Part shown: positions 1 through 9,540 of the stretch, one piece after another | How positions within the stretch are numbered: position 1 is the first letter of the stretch | Layout of the letters: each line of letters begins with the position of its first letter | Virus record (IMG/VR): IMGVR_UViG_3300021062_000004 | Coordinates: 1-50,864 of that record | Length of the DNA: 50,864 nucleotides | Direction: 5' to 3' (one strand) | DNA from: a virus | Taxonomy: Duplodnaviria; Caudoviricetes | Notes under the pieces: generated by a model | Seen by the model: only the letters and a program-made list of their open reading frames with translations | The model's database searches: none | Told to the model about the DNA's origin: nothing | Position numbers and translations under genes: made by a program

Positions 1-127
1 ATGGCATTCAACCGCAAGAAACGAAGAGGACTTCCCGCCCCGCGTTCCCGCAACGCCGGAATGCCTTCCGAGCAGGACCAGGAAGCGATGCTCAAGGGGC
101 TTTCGGACCGCGATGTAGAACGCATCA
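1..127. repeat. Terminal direct repeat, left copy (identical to 50738-50864)
   Basis: Exact 127-bp match of both ends; length typical of an assembler k-mer overlap, indicating a circular contig. Confidence 0.97.
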
Positions 128-519
128 TGCGGGGCGGAGAGCCGAGACGAGGACTGCTTGGCCGCATCGGGGACTGGCTCCGTGGATCGGGGGGCGGGGG
201 CGGGGCGGATGAGGGGTTCATCGACACCGGCCCGCGATCCGTGGCGGCGGAGGAGCCGGACGACGCTCCCGGACAACTGTTCACTGAGGATGTCGGCAAC
301 GCCCCCAATTTCTTCGATGCGATGGCGGCTGGTCAAGTGCAGCCGCAAGTGCAAGTAGGGCGACGCCAGCGGCCGCAGCAGCCGGAAATCATGGTGAACG
401 ACTTCACGCAAGGAGGCTCCGGCGGCGGAGGCGACATGACGCAGGCTGATTTCCAGCGGCAAGTCCTGGAAAAGATGGACGAGATTCCGCAACGGATCGC
501 CGAAGCCCTTGGAGTGTAA
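1..519 (+). CDS. Hypothetical virion/tail-region protein
   Basis: 172-aa ORF; starts 4 nt after the stop of 49565-50734 across the circular junction; Gly/Gln-rich. Confidence 0.7.
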   Translation: MAFNRKKRRGLPAPRSRNAGMPSEQDQEAMLKGLSDRDVERIMRGGEPRRGLLGRIGDWLRGSGGGGGADEGFIDTGPRSVAAEEPDDAPGQLFTEDVGNAPNFFDAMAAGQVQPQVQVGRRQRPQQPEIMVNDFTQGGSGGGGDMTQADFQRQVLEKMDEIPQRIAEALGV

Positions 520-525
520 GAGCCA

Positions 526-1323
526 TTGCCCATCACCTTCTCCAACGATCGGTACGGAAGTTTTCTCACGCGGGGCGTGGGGGACATCCTGTACGAGCGT
601 GCCCGCCGGGTGAAGCTGGTGCGTGGGCTGACCAACGGCAACTTCACGCTCAATGACGCGGCCCAGGAATTCATCAACGTCAATGGGCTGTTTCACCACG
701 TCCGCACGACGCTCCCGCTCCAGCGGGTAACGGTGAACCGGTTCGGGCCGGAGAAGGTGTATCTCCAGGCCGACTATCACCGGCGGCGGATTTACGGGAC
801 GTTCACCACGCCGTCGTTCGCGTTGGCGAGATTTCGCGGCTCAATGCGGTCGGTGTCATGGATTCGCGACACCGAGACGTTCAGCGACGGGCTGCCGTCC
901 GGCGACATTCATTTTCACTTCCAAAGCTCGGCGACCGAGAATCCCATCAGCGACCCGCAGGCGGTTCCCCGCGAATGGGTATGGAATCAACCGGCGGCGG
1001 TCATCATCGTTGAAACCCTGCTCAACTCGTCGCCGCTGGCGACCATCGCCGGCCGGCTTGGGAAAGTCAACTCGAACGCGGTGGTGGCCGGAGGCTTCAG
1101 CTTCCCGCCGCTGTCCGTGCTGTTCAAGGATTACCAAATCGACCCCATTGAGCAAGCGGACGGCTCGTTCAAGTGGTTCGTGCGGTACATCTTCGTTGTG
1201 GTCAACGGCGGGTACTACCGGCAGCATCCGGTGTTCAACATCAACGCTGGCCCGCCCGCGTGGGAGACGGCGAACACGGTCGAGTACGAGACCAGCAGCT
1301 TCGCCGGAGGGTTCCCGGTGTGA
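526..1323 (+). CDS. Hypothetical tail/tail-tip protein
   Basis: 265-aa ORF with TTG start, beta-rich composition, packed in structural operon. Confidence 0.65.
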   Translation: MPITFSNDRYGSFLTRGVGDILYERARRVKLVRGLTNGNFTLNDAAQEFINVNGLFHHVRTTLPLQRVTVNRFGPEKVYLQADYHRRRIYGTFTTPSFALARFRGSMRSVSWIRDTETFSDGLPSGDIHFHFQSSATENPISDPQAVPREWVWNQPAAVIIVETLLNSSPLATIAGRLGKVNSNAVVAGGFSFPPLSVLFKDYQIDPIEQADGSFKWFVRYIFVVVNGGYYRQHPVFNINAGPPAWETANTVEYETSSFAGGFPV

Positions 1324-2090
1324 CGACGCTGCCGACCATCATCCCGGACGGAAGCTCGTTCAACGTCTTCACATTCGAGAATCGTGCCCTCATCGCACAG
1401 GCCATCGAGGCGGCGGCCGATTACATGAGCCGCCGCGATGATTTCATCCGCCGCCTCGCCATGATGCCGCCCATGCCCCCGACGCCCGGAGGCGGCAAGG
1501 GCGAGGTCCGCATCGGCATCGTGGAGTCCTACAGCGGCAACGGCGTCAATGGCGATCGTCTCTACAACATTCTCGACAAGGCGACGGGAGCACCGGTCGG
1601 CACCGGCATCCTGCCGTACCAAATCGACCATCCGGCGGTCAATGTCATCCCGGCCCCTCCAGGAACGGACGTGCTGTATTGGCTGGCACCGGAGGACCCG
1701 TTCAGCAACACGGTCCACATGATTGCCCTGAAGGAGAACTACAGCTCGGCGGCGTGCATCCAGGAGGAGCCGCTGCCGATATTCCAGCCTGCACAGGCTC
1801 CATCGGCTCCACAGACTTCCACGCCGCCAGCCCCGTCCATTCCGCAGGACATGCTCGACTGGCTCATCGCCAACGCCGCGAAGCTGCGGGGCGTGGCGAC
1901 GATGACCGCCGGGGCGGTGACTGTGAGCACCACCGCCGTCACCGCCAATTCGCAGATTCACTTGACGCCGCAGAACACGTCGGGCACGGCCGGAAGCGTC
2001 TACGTCTCCGCCCGCGTGGCGGGCACCTCGTTCACCATCACCAGCACGTCCGGCACCGACACCCGCGACGTGGCGTGGCTGCTCATTTAG
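1320..2090 (+). CDS. Putative tail protein with Thr/Ser-rich C-terminal beta domain
   Basis: GTG at 1320 overlaps upstream stop (GTGA); C-terminus AGAVTVSTTAVTANS...GTSFTITSTSGTDT..VAW resembles small tail-fibre domains. Confidence 0.65.
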   Translation: MTTLPTIIPDGSSFNVFTFENRALIAQAIEAAADYMSRRDDFIRRLAMMPPMPPTPGGGKGEVRIGIVESYSGNGVNGDRLYNILDKATGAPVGTGILPYQIDHPAVNVIPAPPGTDVLYWLAPEDPFSNTVHMIALKENYSSAACIQEEPLPIFQPAQAPSAPQTSTPPAPSIPQDMLDWLIANAAKLRGVATMTAGAVTVSTTAVTANSQIHLTPQNTSGTAGSVYVSARVAGTSFTITSTSGTDTRDVAWLLI

Positions 2091-2100
2091 GGAGGTCACT

Positions 2101-2511
2101 TTGGCGGCTAATCCTCGATTCATCGTCTCAGGGTTCGGAGAGCCGGCCGTCGTGGACGCCGTGGACGCCGACCGCTCCGGCGGCGGAACTTATGACACCG
2201 TTTGCACGGCCAGCACGGCGGCCGGCGGCATCTTTCACGGTGCGGTGGTGTGCATCGTCAATTCATCCCCGTCTTTCACCACCACCGACACGCTCATCAA
2301 TTTCTTCCACGACAGCGGGGCGAACACACGCTATATCGGCCACGCCGTCATTCCCCGCAACGACACGGCGAGCAACACCGATCCGCCGTTTGAAGTTCCG
2401 TTCACGCCGCTGGGCGGGCCTGTCGAGCTTGACCAGAACGACCAGATTCAAGCGGCGTTCATGTCCGGCTCCATGACCGCCCACGTGCGGGCGTTGGGGG
2501 GGAACTTCTGA
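2101..2511 (+). CDS. Hypothetical virion protein
   Basis: GGAGG directly upstream of TTG; 136 aa. Confidence 0.7.
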   Translation: MAANPRFIVSGFGEPAVVDAVDADRSGGGTYDTVCTASTAAGGIFHGAVVCIVNSSPSFTTTDTLINFFHDSGANTRYIGHAVIPRNDTASNTDPPFEVPFTPLGGPVELDQNDQIQAAFMSGSMTAHVRALGGNF

Positions 2512-3636
2512 TTGCCGGACTTTGTGCGAAGACTGACGCCTTCGGGCAGTTACCTCGCCTTGGCTCCGCAGAACCAGGGTGCTTTGCTCACCAACGAGAA
2601 CGGCATCGACTGCTGCTGCCCCACGCCGCCCGAATGCTTTCTCAAGATGGAGCCGTGCTCGTGCGGCCAGGATGACAACCGCTACACCTCCTGCTCGCAT
2701 TTCGAGGCGGCGGCGAAGGGCCAGTCCTGCATCGTCGTCAACATCGCCACCTCCGGCGACCCCGACTGCTACACCGTCTGCAACGCACCAGTCTTCACTG
2801 AGCTTCCGCCGGGAGCGTTGTTCACCACCATCTCCGCGACGAACGTAAGGCCCAACTGTGCGGAGTGCTGCGACCCGAGATGCTGGCATCCTTTGGAGGC
2901 TTGCCACATCACCGGATGCTCGAACGGGGCCACGTCCCTGTGCTCATCGGTTCCATCAGGCCAGTTCTTCGTCGCGTGCGAGGACGTTCCGCCCGAGTTT
3001 TGCCCGGACGGCATCATGAAGGCCAATGGGACGTGCTGGCGTGTGAACTGCGACGTGTCCACGGCGACGCTGCCCAACAACGCGATTGCCCTGGTTCCAA
3101 CCGCATGGTATGAAACATGCCAGGAGTGCTGCTGCCCGGAGCACTGCAACAACAACCACCACACGTTCTGCCTGCAAAGCTGCAACGCAACGCTCAACGT
3201 GCAGGTGGTGGGCATGAACACGACCGCCACCGAATGCACGAGCGGGCAGAACGGGGCCTTTTTCAATCCGACCACGGCGTCGGGCATCTTTCAGCGGGCG
3301 ACGACCGGATGCCTGTGGGTGGGAAACGTCGGCGTCAATTGCAGCGGTTTCACTCCCTGCCCTCCTTACGCTTGCATTCCGCCGCCGACGGAGCTTTTGT
3401 CCAAGATTCAGTGCGGGAGCCATCCGGTCACGTTTCAGCCGGGCTGGGTCGCGAACGTCTGGGTTCGCATGAGAACGGTCGAAAACAGCAACTGCTTCAC
3501 ATGCTGCACCAGGGAATTTGTCTTCTTCAACAGCGGCAACATTGGCGGATGTCCGCCTCCGGGCGGCTGGCAAAGCATTGGCGGCGGGCCGGTGGAACAG
3601 GCGTGCGGCGGAACTCCGATGCTTGTCGTTGGATAG
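2512..3636 (+). CDS. Cysteine-rich protein (39 Cys in 374 aa), putative tail fibre/receptor-binding
   Basis: Abuts upstream stop; Cys counted by hand; two internal repeats ending CxECC. Confidence 0.7.
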   Translation: MPDFVRRLTPSGSYLALAPQNQGALLTNENGIDCCCPTPPECFLKMEPCSCGQDDNRYTSCSHFEAAAKGQSCIVVNIATSGDPDCYTVCNAPVFTELPPGALFTTISATNVRPNCAECCDPRCWHPLEACHITGCSNGATSLCSSVPSGQFFVACEDVPPEFCPDGIMKANGTCWRVNCDVSTATLPNNAIALVPTAWYETCQECCCPEHCNNNHHTFCLQSCNATLNVQVVGMNTTATECTSGQNGAFFNPTTASGIFQRATTGCLWVGNVGVNCSGFTPCPPYACIPPPTELLSKIQCGSHPVTFQPGWVANVWVRMRTVENSNCFTCCTREFVFFNSGNIGGCPPPGGWQSIGGGPVEQACGGTPMLVVG

Positions 3637-3637
3637 G

Positions 3638-4039
3638 ATGCAAATAATGTTGATACACCACGCCTACAACGACACGCAAGGACGAGGTGGATTCTGGGTG
3701 CTTTATGCTGAAGTGGACGGGCCTTCGGCGTCTCTCAAAGGCACCAAGCATTACAAGACGACCGATGAGTTCCAGCAGGATTTGGCCAGGCTGTTCCCGC
3801 CGGCACCAACGGAAAGCGGAGATCAGTACGCATGGCCATGCACGCTGCGGGGCAATCCCAATCTTGCGACATGCCGGCAGTGCGAGCATCTGAAACCGAC
3901 TCCGAATTGCCCCGGATGTCCGCATTGCGAAAAACTGCCTGGGGAACCTAACAAGATGAGGCTGTATGATGTCATCATCCGTGGGGCGTGCCCGCTGGGC
4001 AAGCACAGCAAGGAGGCTGTCCATGCCAAGAATATATGA
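3638..4039 (+). CDS. Small Cys-cluster protein (CxxC..CxxCxxC..CPLGK)
   Basis: ATG 1 nt after upstream stop; C-terminal Cys motifs. Confidence 0.65.
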   Translation: MQIMLIHHAYNDTQGRGGFWVLYAEVDGPSASLKGTKHYKTTDEFQQDLARLFPPAPTESGDQYAWPCTLRGNPNLATCRQCEHLKPTPNCPGCPHCEKLPGEPNKMRLYDVIIRGACPLGKHSKEAVHAKNI

Positions 4040-4982
4040 CGCCGCCGCCGACCTTCGGGAACGAATGGAGCAACTGGCAGGCCGTACTTACGTTGAACCC
4101 GCCGCCGCCGGCCGCACGCTCGCGGAGCGGCAAAACTACCTGATCGGGCAACGCAACCAGCTTCCGACACTGCCGCCGGCCGGGAATGTCGCGTTGGCCC
4201 AGCGGCAGTTGCAAGGCTCTCGCCGGGCGGGCGAACCGGACGACGTGTATGGCGGGCGGCTCGCGGCTCGTGGATTCCAGCCGGATGAAGTCAGCGACTT
4301 CATGTCCAACCAACCGTTCCGGCCCGTGCCGGTGAAACAGTCTGCCGTTGCGTCCGCACCCCAGCCGCAACGTCAATCACAATTCTCCCGTGGCGTGTAC
4401 CAGCGTCCGCAACCGCAGGCAGGCCCCATCACGCCCGGCTCCGCGAGGGCGTTGGGGATTCAGACGCCGAAGGATCAGGAAGCCATCGGTCGGCAGTTCG
4501 CGGCAACTCGGGCGGCCGCACGCGACCGGGAAGGCTCATTGGCGATGCTGGATGCTTTTCACGGCGTCCGCAAGTTCGAGAAGCAGCACTATGACCGGTT
4601 CGCCAAGCTGGCGGACCATGTGAATCCAAACGAAATGCGGCTGCTGCTCGACCAATTTGACGAAGGCGGGAAAAAGGGTCCGTCCCTCTCGGACATCGAG
4701 CGGTTCGTGGTGTGGCCGAAGAACGAGGCGGGCGAGCCGATGTACCCGGAGGACCCCAAGGAACTGACGCGGCTGTACGAGGATGCCCGGCAGCGGCTTG
4801 AGGACTTCCAGCGGCGTGGCGGAACAGGGTCGACCGCACAGGCCGCACCCCAGCAGTCATGGACGCAGCAGGACATTGAATCATTGGCGGCCCAAATCGC
4901 CGGCGAGATTCGGGCGAGCGGCAGGCAGCCGACTCCGAAGGACATCCGCGACGAACTGGCGAGACGAGGAGTGCGACGATGA
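4023..4982 (+). CDS. Putative internal virion/ejection protein
   Basis: AAGGAGG upstream of ATG 4023; Ala/Gln/Arg-rich; precedes large internal proteins. Confidence 0.6.
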   Translation: MPRIYDAAADLRERMEQLAGRTYVEPAAAGRTLAERQNYLIGQRNQLPTLPPAGNVALAQRQLQGSRRAGEPDDVYGGRLAARGFQPDEVSDFMSNQPFRPVPVKQSAVASAPQPQRQSQFSRGVYQRPQPQAGPITPGSARALGIQTPKDQEAIGRQFAATRAAARDREGSLAMLDAFHGVRKFEKQHYDRFAKLADHVNPNEMRLLLDQFDEGGKKGPSLSDIERFVVWPKNEAGEPMYPEDPKELTRLYEDARQRLEDFQRRGGTGSTAQAAPQQSWTQQDIESLAAQIAGEIRASGRQPTPKDIRDELARRGVRR

Positions 4983-5206
4983 ACACCTGCAAGACGTGCA
5001 AGCATTGGGAGCACCCACGAAGGCGGGAGCATCGGCCTGAAGCACAATGGGGAGCATGTAATTGCAGAGCCGCGACTGACGATATCGCAATGGAGTGGCC
5101 AGGGGACGGAGAGTTGCACACCGTCAGCATCTTCGGCTGCATCCACCATGAACCCAAGAGTGGGCCGCATGGCGATAACTGCCAATGCGTGCTCTGTCTT
5201 CACTGA
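4979..5206 (+). CDS. Small Cys/His protein (CxTCKHW..GxC..FGCxHxEPK)
   Basis: AGGAG upstream, ATGA overlap; motif shared with 15080-15406. Confidence 0.7.
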   Translation: MNTCKTCKHWEHPRRREHRPEAQWGACNCRAATDDIAMEWPGDGELHTVSIFGCIHHEPKSGPHGDNCQCVLCLH

Positions 5207-5208
5207 CC

Positions 5209-7671
5209 ATGAGCACCCTCGACATCGACAGTGCGATTGAGAAGGCCCTGAAGCCGCCGGACGACGGTGGGCTGGACATCGATGGGGCCATTGAGCGAGC
5301 GTTGTCGCCGGCCCCGCAGGGACTCTACGGGTCCGCCCAAGTCTCTCTCGGCGGCGTCCAAGCCCCTCCCACGCCCGCCGGATATGAGCCTGCCGTCCAA
5401 TCCTACGTCCGCGACAACACCGCCGACGTGCCGCAGTGGGTGAAGGACATCGAGGCATCGGTCGGCATCATCGCGGAATCATTCCCCCGCCAGCGGCCGC
5501 AGCCTGACCGCTCCATCCCCGGCGAGATGGCCAGCCAGTTCACCGCAGGCCTCATGGGCGACCTGCCGCGTGGCATCGGCGGCGTGGCCCAGATGGCCGG
5601 CGACATGTTCCCGGAGTCGGAGATTGCCCAGACGGTGGGACGGCTTGGCGGGGCTTACGCTTCGGCAGGGGAAAGCGTGGGCCGTGCATTGCCGCCATCA
5701 GACCCCGGTGAACTGACCGGCCGCAGCATCGCCGGTGGCGTCTCCCGAGCCACCCCACAAATTGTCGGACAGGCTGGCTTGGCCTGGGCCACCGGCGGCG
5801 GCAGCGTGCCTGCACAACTTGCCATCTTCGGAGGCACGGCGGCGGCACCCGTCGTCGGCCAGCAATACCGCGACGCACTGGCGTACTACGAAGTGAATCA
5901 TCCGGACATGGACCCGCAGGAGATGCAGGAGCGGGCCAGGACGGAGGCGGGTGCGGCGGGACTCATCACCGCCGGCACATCGATTCTGCCGGGCCTGGCG
6001 ATGCTCCAGCGTGTGCCCGGTGCGTCCACGGTCCTGAGCAACGCCGCGTCGCGGGTCATCCAGTCCGCCGCCGGGGAAGGCATCCAGGAGATGTCCGAGC
6101 AGGTGCTGACGGACACCGTGGCGTCCATCGTCCGCGAGGACCCCCAGCTCTGGCAGCAGATCAGGAGCCTTAACCCGGAGTATTGGGATGGGGTGCTTCA
6201 CGCGGGCCTGATTGGGGCATTGACGGGCGGGGCGGTGAGGGGTGGGGTGGAGGCTCTGGGTCGCCAAGCTCAAGAGCAAGCCGACACAAAGCCGCATTTG
6301 ACCTCCGAACCTGTGCCTTTATCCACTCTGGATAGTGAAAGTGAACCTCTTGAAGGTAGATTTTCTGTTCCATCGTCTACTCCGGGTGCGGGGGTTCGGG
6401 AACAATCCGCCCTTGAGCGTCAAAAAGAACCCCCGACCTCTTCAAGTCGTCAAGGAGCCATCGTCGAAACCGAATCCGGTCAAGTCGCCTCATCGCAGGA
6501 GAGTTCAGACGCTTCTCCAATCGACATACAAACGCCCACACCGAAGCGTAAACCGCAATCGCAATCAGGCTCCACATCCCCCAATCCTATCACCCGCTCC
6601 GCCGACGAGCCATCGCCGCAAGGACCACGCACGACCAAGGCGGAATTGTTGGCTTCAAAGGCCGAGGTTGAAAAGTCGCAGGGCAAGCGATACGCCGACA
6701 AAATGGCGAATCAGCGGTTTCGTCTGCTATCGAAGAACCCTGATGAGATTCACGAGTATCGCGTTGCCGGTTATGTCACACGTTCGATGAAAGGCGACAA
6801 GTACACCCTGCATCTGGTTTCGGACACAGACAGCAAGGATTGGCGGATCGCTGACACCATCGACGTAACAGACCAGTATGTGAAGGCTCCCTCTACTGAT
6901 ATATCTACGCAAACACCTTCAAAACCGGCTCCAGAAAATCCAAAATCCATCGAGCGTGCCAAGGACGAGCCATCGCCGGAGGGCATGACCTCCGCCCGCA
7001 AGGTGGACATCAACCGGGACCGAGAGGCGTTGGGCCTCAACTCTCTCGATTCTCCCGAACGCCGCACATGGAAATCGGTGCTGGAGACGGCACAGAATGA
7101 GTACGACAAAGAGAAGGTGGACGACTTCGCCGCCGAGCTTGTCAGGAAACCACAGGCTATCGACGACAAGCAGACTGCACCGCTGGTCATCCGTTCGGCG
7201 GAACTGAAGAACGAGTACCGCGAACTCAAGGCGAAGATGGCCGCGACCACCGACCCAGCGGAAATCGCCGTGTTGTCCGCCGAGATGAACCGCAAACAGG
7301 ACAAGTACGATGTCGTGTCGCAGGCCATGCGTCAATCCCGCTCTGCCATCGCTCGCGGACTGACATTCAGCAAGGCCACCATTGACGAGGATTTTGACCT
7401 CATCTCCGTCAAGTCCCGTGCCAAGGCAGCTAAGGGGAAGGCGTTGACGCCGGCCGAGTCCAAGCGGTTCGAGGAGCTGACCAGCCAGCTTGAGGCCAAG
7501 ACGCGGCAGGTGGCGGCGTTGGAGAAGCGGGTGAACGAGCAGACGGCGATGCGGGCAGTGAAGCAGAGGAACCGCTTCAGCAAGATGAGCAAGGCCGAGC
7601 GGGACGTGGAGTTGGAGGGGTTGAAGGCGAAGGCGTTGGAATTGTTGAGGGCGGGATGTGGAGTGAACTGA
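5209..7671 (+). CDS. Large internal virion (ejection/polyvalent-type) protein, N-terminal part
   Basis: About 820 aa; Gly/Ala hydrophobic helices with EGIQEMSEQ motif, low-complexity linker, coiled-coil C-terminus. Confidence 0.7.
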   Translation: MSTLDIDSAIEKALKPPDDGGLDIDGAIERALSPAPQGLYGSAQVSLGGVQAPPTPAGYEPAVQSYVRDNTADVPQWVKDIEASVGIIAESFPRQRPQPDRSIPGEMASQFTAGLMGDLPRGIGGVAQMAGDMFPESEIAQTVGRLGGAYASAGESVGRALPPSDPGELTGRSIAGGVSRATPQIVGQAGLAWATGGGSVPAQLAIFGGTAAAPVVGQQYRDALAYYEVNHPDMDPQEMQERARTEAGAAGLITAGTSILPGLAMLQRVPGASTVLSNAASRVIQSAAGEGIQEMSEQVLTDTVASIVREDPQLWQQIRSLNPEYWDGVLHAGLIGALTGGAVRGGVEALGRQAQEQADTKPHLTSEPVPLSTLDSESEPLEGRFSVPSSTPGAGVREQSALERQKEPPTSSSRQGAIVETESGQVASSQESSDASPIDIQTPTPKRKPQSQSGSTSPNPITRSADEPSPQGPRTTKAELLASKAEVEKSQGKRYADKMANQRFRLLSKNPDEIHEYRVAGYVTRSMKGDKYTLHLVSDTDSKDWRIADTIDVTDQYVKAPSTDISTQTPSKPAPENPKSIERAKDEPSPEGMTSARKVDINRDREALGLNSLDSPERRTWKSVLETAQNEYDKEKVDDFAAELVRKPQAIDDKQTAPLVIRSAELKNEYRELKAKMAATTDPAEIAVLSAEMNRKQDKYDVVSQAMRQSRSAIARGLTFSKATIDEDFDLISVKSRAKAAKGKALTPAESKRFEELTSQLEAKTRQVAALEKRVNEQTAMRAVKQRNRFSKMSKAERDVELEGLKAKALELLRAGCGVN

Positions 7672-7844
7672 TGGGACATCATCCAGTACAAATCTCAAAA
7701 CATGGCCCAAAACTGGGCAGGAAGGCACGGAAAACCTACAAAGCCAGAGCGAAGCGATGGATGCGTAGGCTTGCAAACATTCTGCTAGAGGACGGGCCGA
7801 ACCGCTATCAGTATTCACGCACAACATGGTGGGACTGGAGTTGA
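7671..7844 (+). CDS. Small basic hypothetical protein (57 aa)
   Basis: TGATG overlap with upstream stop; Lys/Arg-rich; ends 3 nt before next ATG. Confidence 0.6.
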   Translation: MGHHPVQISKHGPKLGRKARKTYKARAKRWMRRLANILLEDGPNRYQYSRTTWWDWS

Positions 7845-7847
7845 TGA

Positions 7848-9536
7848 ATGGCCAAACGCATCGACTGCTCCGAACTCTCCCGTACCCTCCACGACCTCGC
7901 CCTCAACGTCGGCTCACGCGAGCACGTCAGCACGTTCGCGGACCTGACGCGGGAGATGCAGGCCGTGCTCGGCGAGGACATGATCGACGCCGACCGGCTC
8001 GCGGCGTCCATCGTCGAGGCCACGACCGGGGCCGCACAGGAGCAGTCCGAGCTTCAGTCGAAGCTGAACCGGCTCAAACGTGAGGCACGGCAATTCCACA
8101 ACCGCACCGAGCCGCAACTGCGGGAGAAGTTCGCCAGGCAGATCGACGAGTTGAAGGGCAAGCTCCGCAGTCCGGCCGTGGCACCCGTGCGGCGTGAGAG
8201 CGTGACGCTGAGCAAGGCCCTGGAGCGGCAGGCGTTCGAGCGGGACCTGCTCCGACGCAAGATTCATCAGCGTATCCAGGACCTCAAGCCGCTCACCATC
8301 ATGCAGAAGGTGATGGAGCCGATTCACTTCCAGCGTGCGGCGTTCTTCGGCATGGACTTCGGGCAGGTTCTCCAGCACGGGAAGATGGTCCTGGTCAGCC
8401 ATCCGCTGCTGTCCATCAAGAATCTGCCGCAGATGTTCAAGTCGTTCGCCAGCGAGGGGGCGGCACACAAAGCGGACAAGGCCATCGAAGACCATCCGCT
8501 GGCCCCGCTGGCCTACCGAGCCAAGCTCAGCCTGTCCACGGACTACGGCAGCAACGTGTCCAAGGAGGAGTATTTCCAAGGGCACTTCGCCCATCGGATG
8601 CCCGGCATCAAGCACTTCGCCAGGGCCTTCCGCGTGTTCCTCAACGCCGTGAGATTCCAGTCCTTTGTCACGGCGGTCAACTCGTGGACCATCGGCGGGG
8701 AAGCCACGGACGCGGAAGCAAGGATCATCGCCAACTTCATCAACGTGACGACCGGACGCGGAGCCATCCCGGACAAGATTGTCTCCGCCGTGAACGCTTC
8801 GAGCGTCCTGGTCAACGCCGCACGCTACCAAACCTCGCGTGCCCAGTTCATCATCGGGCAGCCGCTCTGGGGCGTCTTCGGCTCCCATCGCGGCAGTGCG
8901 AAGGCCAGGGCATGGGTCGCCAAGGAGTACGCACGCACCATCATCGGGTGGGCCTTGTACCAGGGCATGCTCTATTCGGCGTTTTACCTGTGGTGGGAGC
9001 AGTCCGGCGAAGACGAGGAAAAGAAGCCGAAAATCGAAGCCAACCCCCTATCGTCGGACTTCGGAAAGATTCGCATCGGCAACACTCGCATCGACACCAC
9101 GGCGGGCATCGGGCCGTGGATCACGTTCATGTCCCGCTCCGTTCGCGGCATGACCAAGCAGCGGGACGGAGACATTGTTCCCATTCGGGGCAAGGACGTG
9201 CCGTACGGCGGACATGCCTGGGACTACTTCGCGTTCAACTTCGCCCGCAACCGTATGGCCCCGGCTCCAGGGGCCATCGTGGACGGCCTACGCGGCACCA
9301 CGCCGGACGGGCAAGAGGCCACGCTCATGCGGCTGCTGCAACAGAACTTCGTCCCGCTTGGTCCACGCAGCGTCTATGACGCCATGCGGGAGGAAGGCTT
9401 GGACAAGGGAAGCGTGCTGGGTGCCATGGCCATGTTCGGCGAGGGCGTCAGCGTGTGGGAGGATCGGGAGCAGCAGGGCAAGCCACGTCGGAAGCCGGCG
9501 AGGCCGAAGCGGCCGGAGCGGCCAAGCCCTGGTTGA
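7848..9536 (+). CDS. Large internal virion protein, C-terminal part (polyvalent/LPD-like)
   Basis: 562 aa; PLSSDFGKIRIGNTRID and APAPGAIVD..G segments resemble C-termini of phage large polyvalent proteins. Confidence 0.65.
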   Translation: MAKRIDCSELSRTLHDLALNVGSREHVSTFADLTREMQAVLGEDMIDADRLAASIVEATTGAAQEQSELQSKLNRLKREARQFHNRTEPQLREKFARQIDELKGKLRSPAVAPVRRESVTLSKALERQAFERDLLRRKIHQRIQDLKPLTIMQKVMEPIHFQRAAFFGMDFGQVLQHGKMVLVSHPLLSIKNLPQMFKSFASEGAAHKADKAIEDHPLAPLAYRAKLSLSTDYGSNVSKEEYFQGHFAHRMPGIKHFARAFRVFLNAVRFQSFVTAVNSWTIGGEATDAEARIIANFINVTTGRGAIPDKIVSAVNASSVLVNAARYQTSRAQFIIGQPLWGVFGSHRGSAKARAWVAKEYARTIIGWALYQGMLYSAFYLWWEQSGEDEEKKPKIEANPLSSDFGKIRIGNTRIDTTAGIGPWITFMSRSVRGMTKQRDGDIVPIRGKDVPYGGHAWDYFAFNFARNRMAPAPGAIVDGLRGTTPDGQEATLMRLLQQNFVPLGPRSVYDAMREEGLDKGSVLGAMAMFGEGVSVWEDREQQGKPRRKPARPKRPERPSPG

Positions 9537-9540
9537 TGAT

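Noticed and set aside
2512-3636. Diversity-generating retroelement target
   Set aside because: No reverse transcriptase and no near-identical template repeat seen
7640-7870. Split intein or intron at the large-protein junction
   Set aside because: No intein blocks in the right order and no group I/II core recognised; the gap holds a coupled ORF
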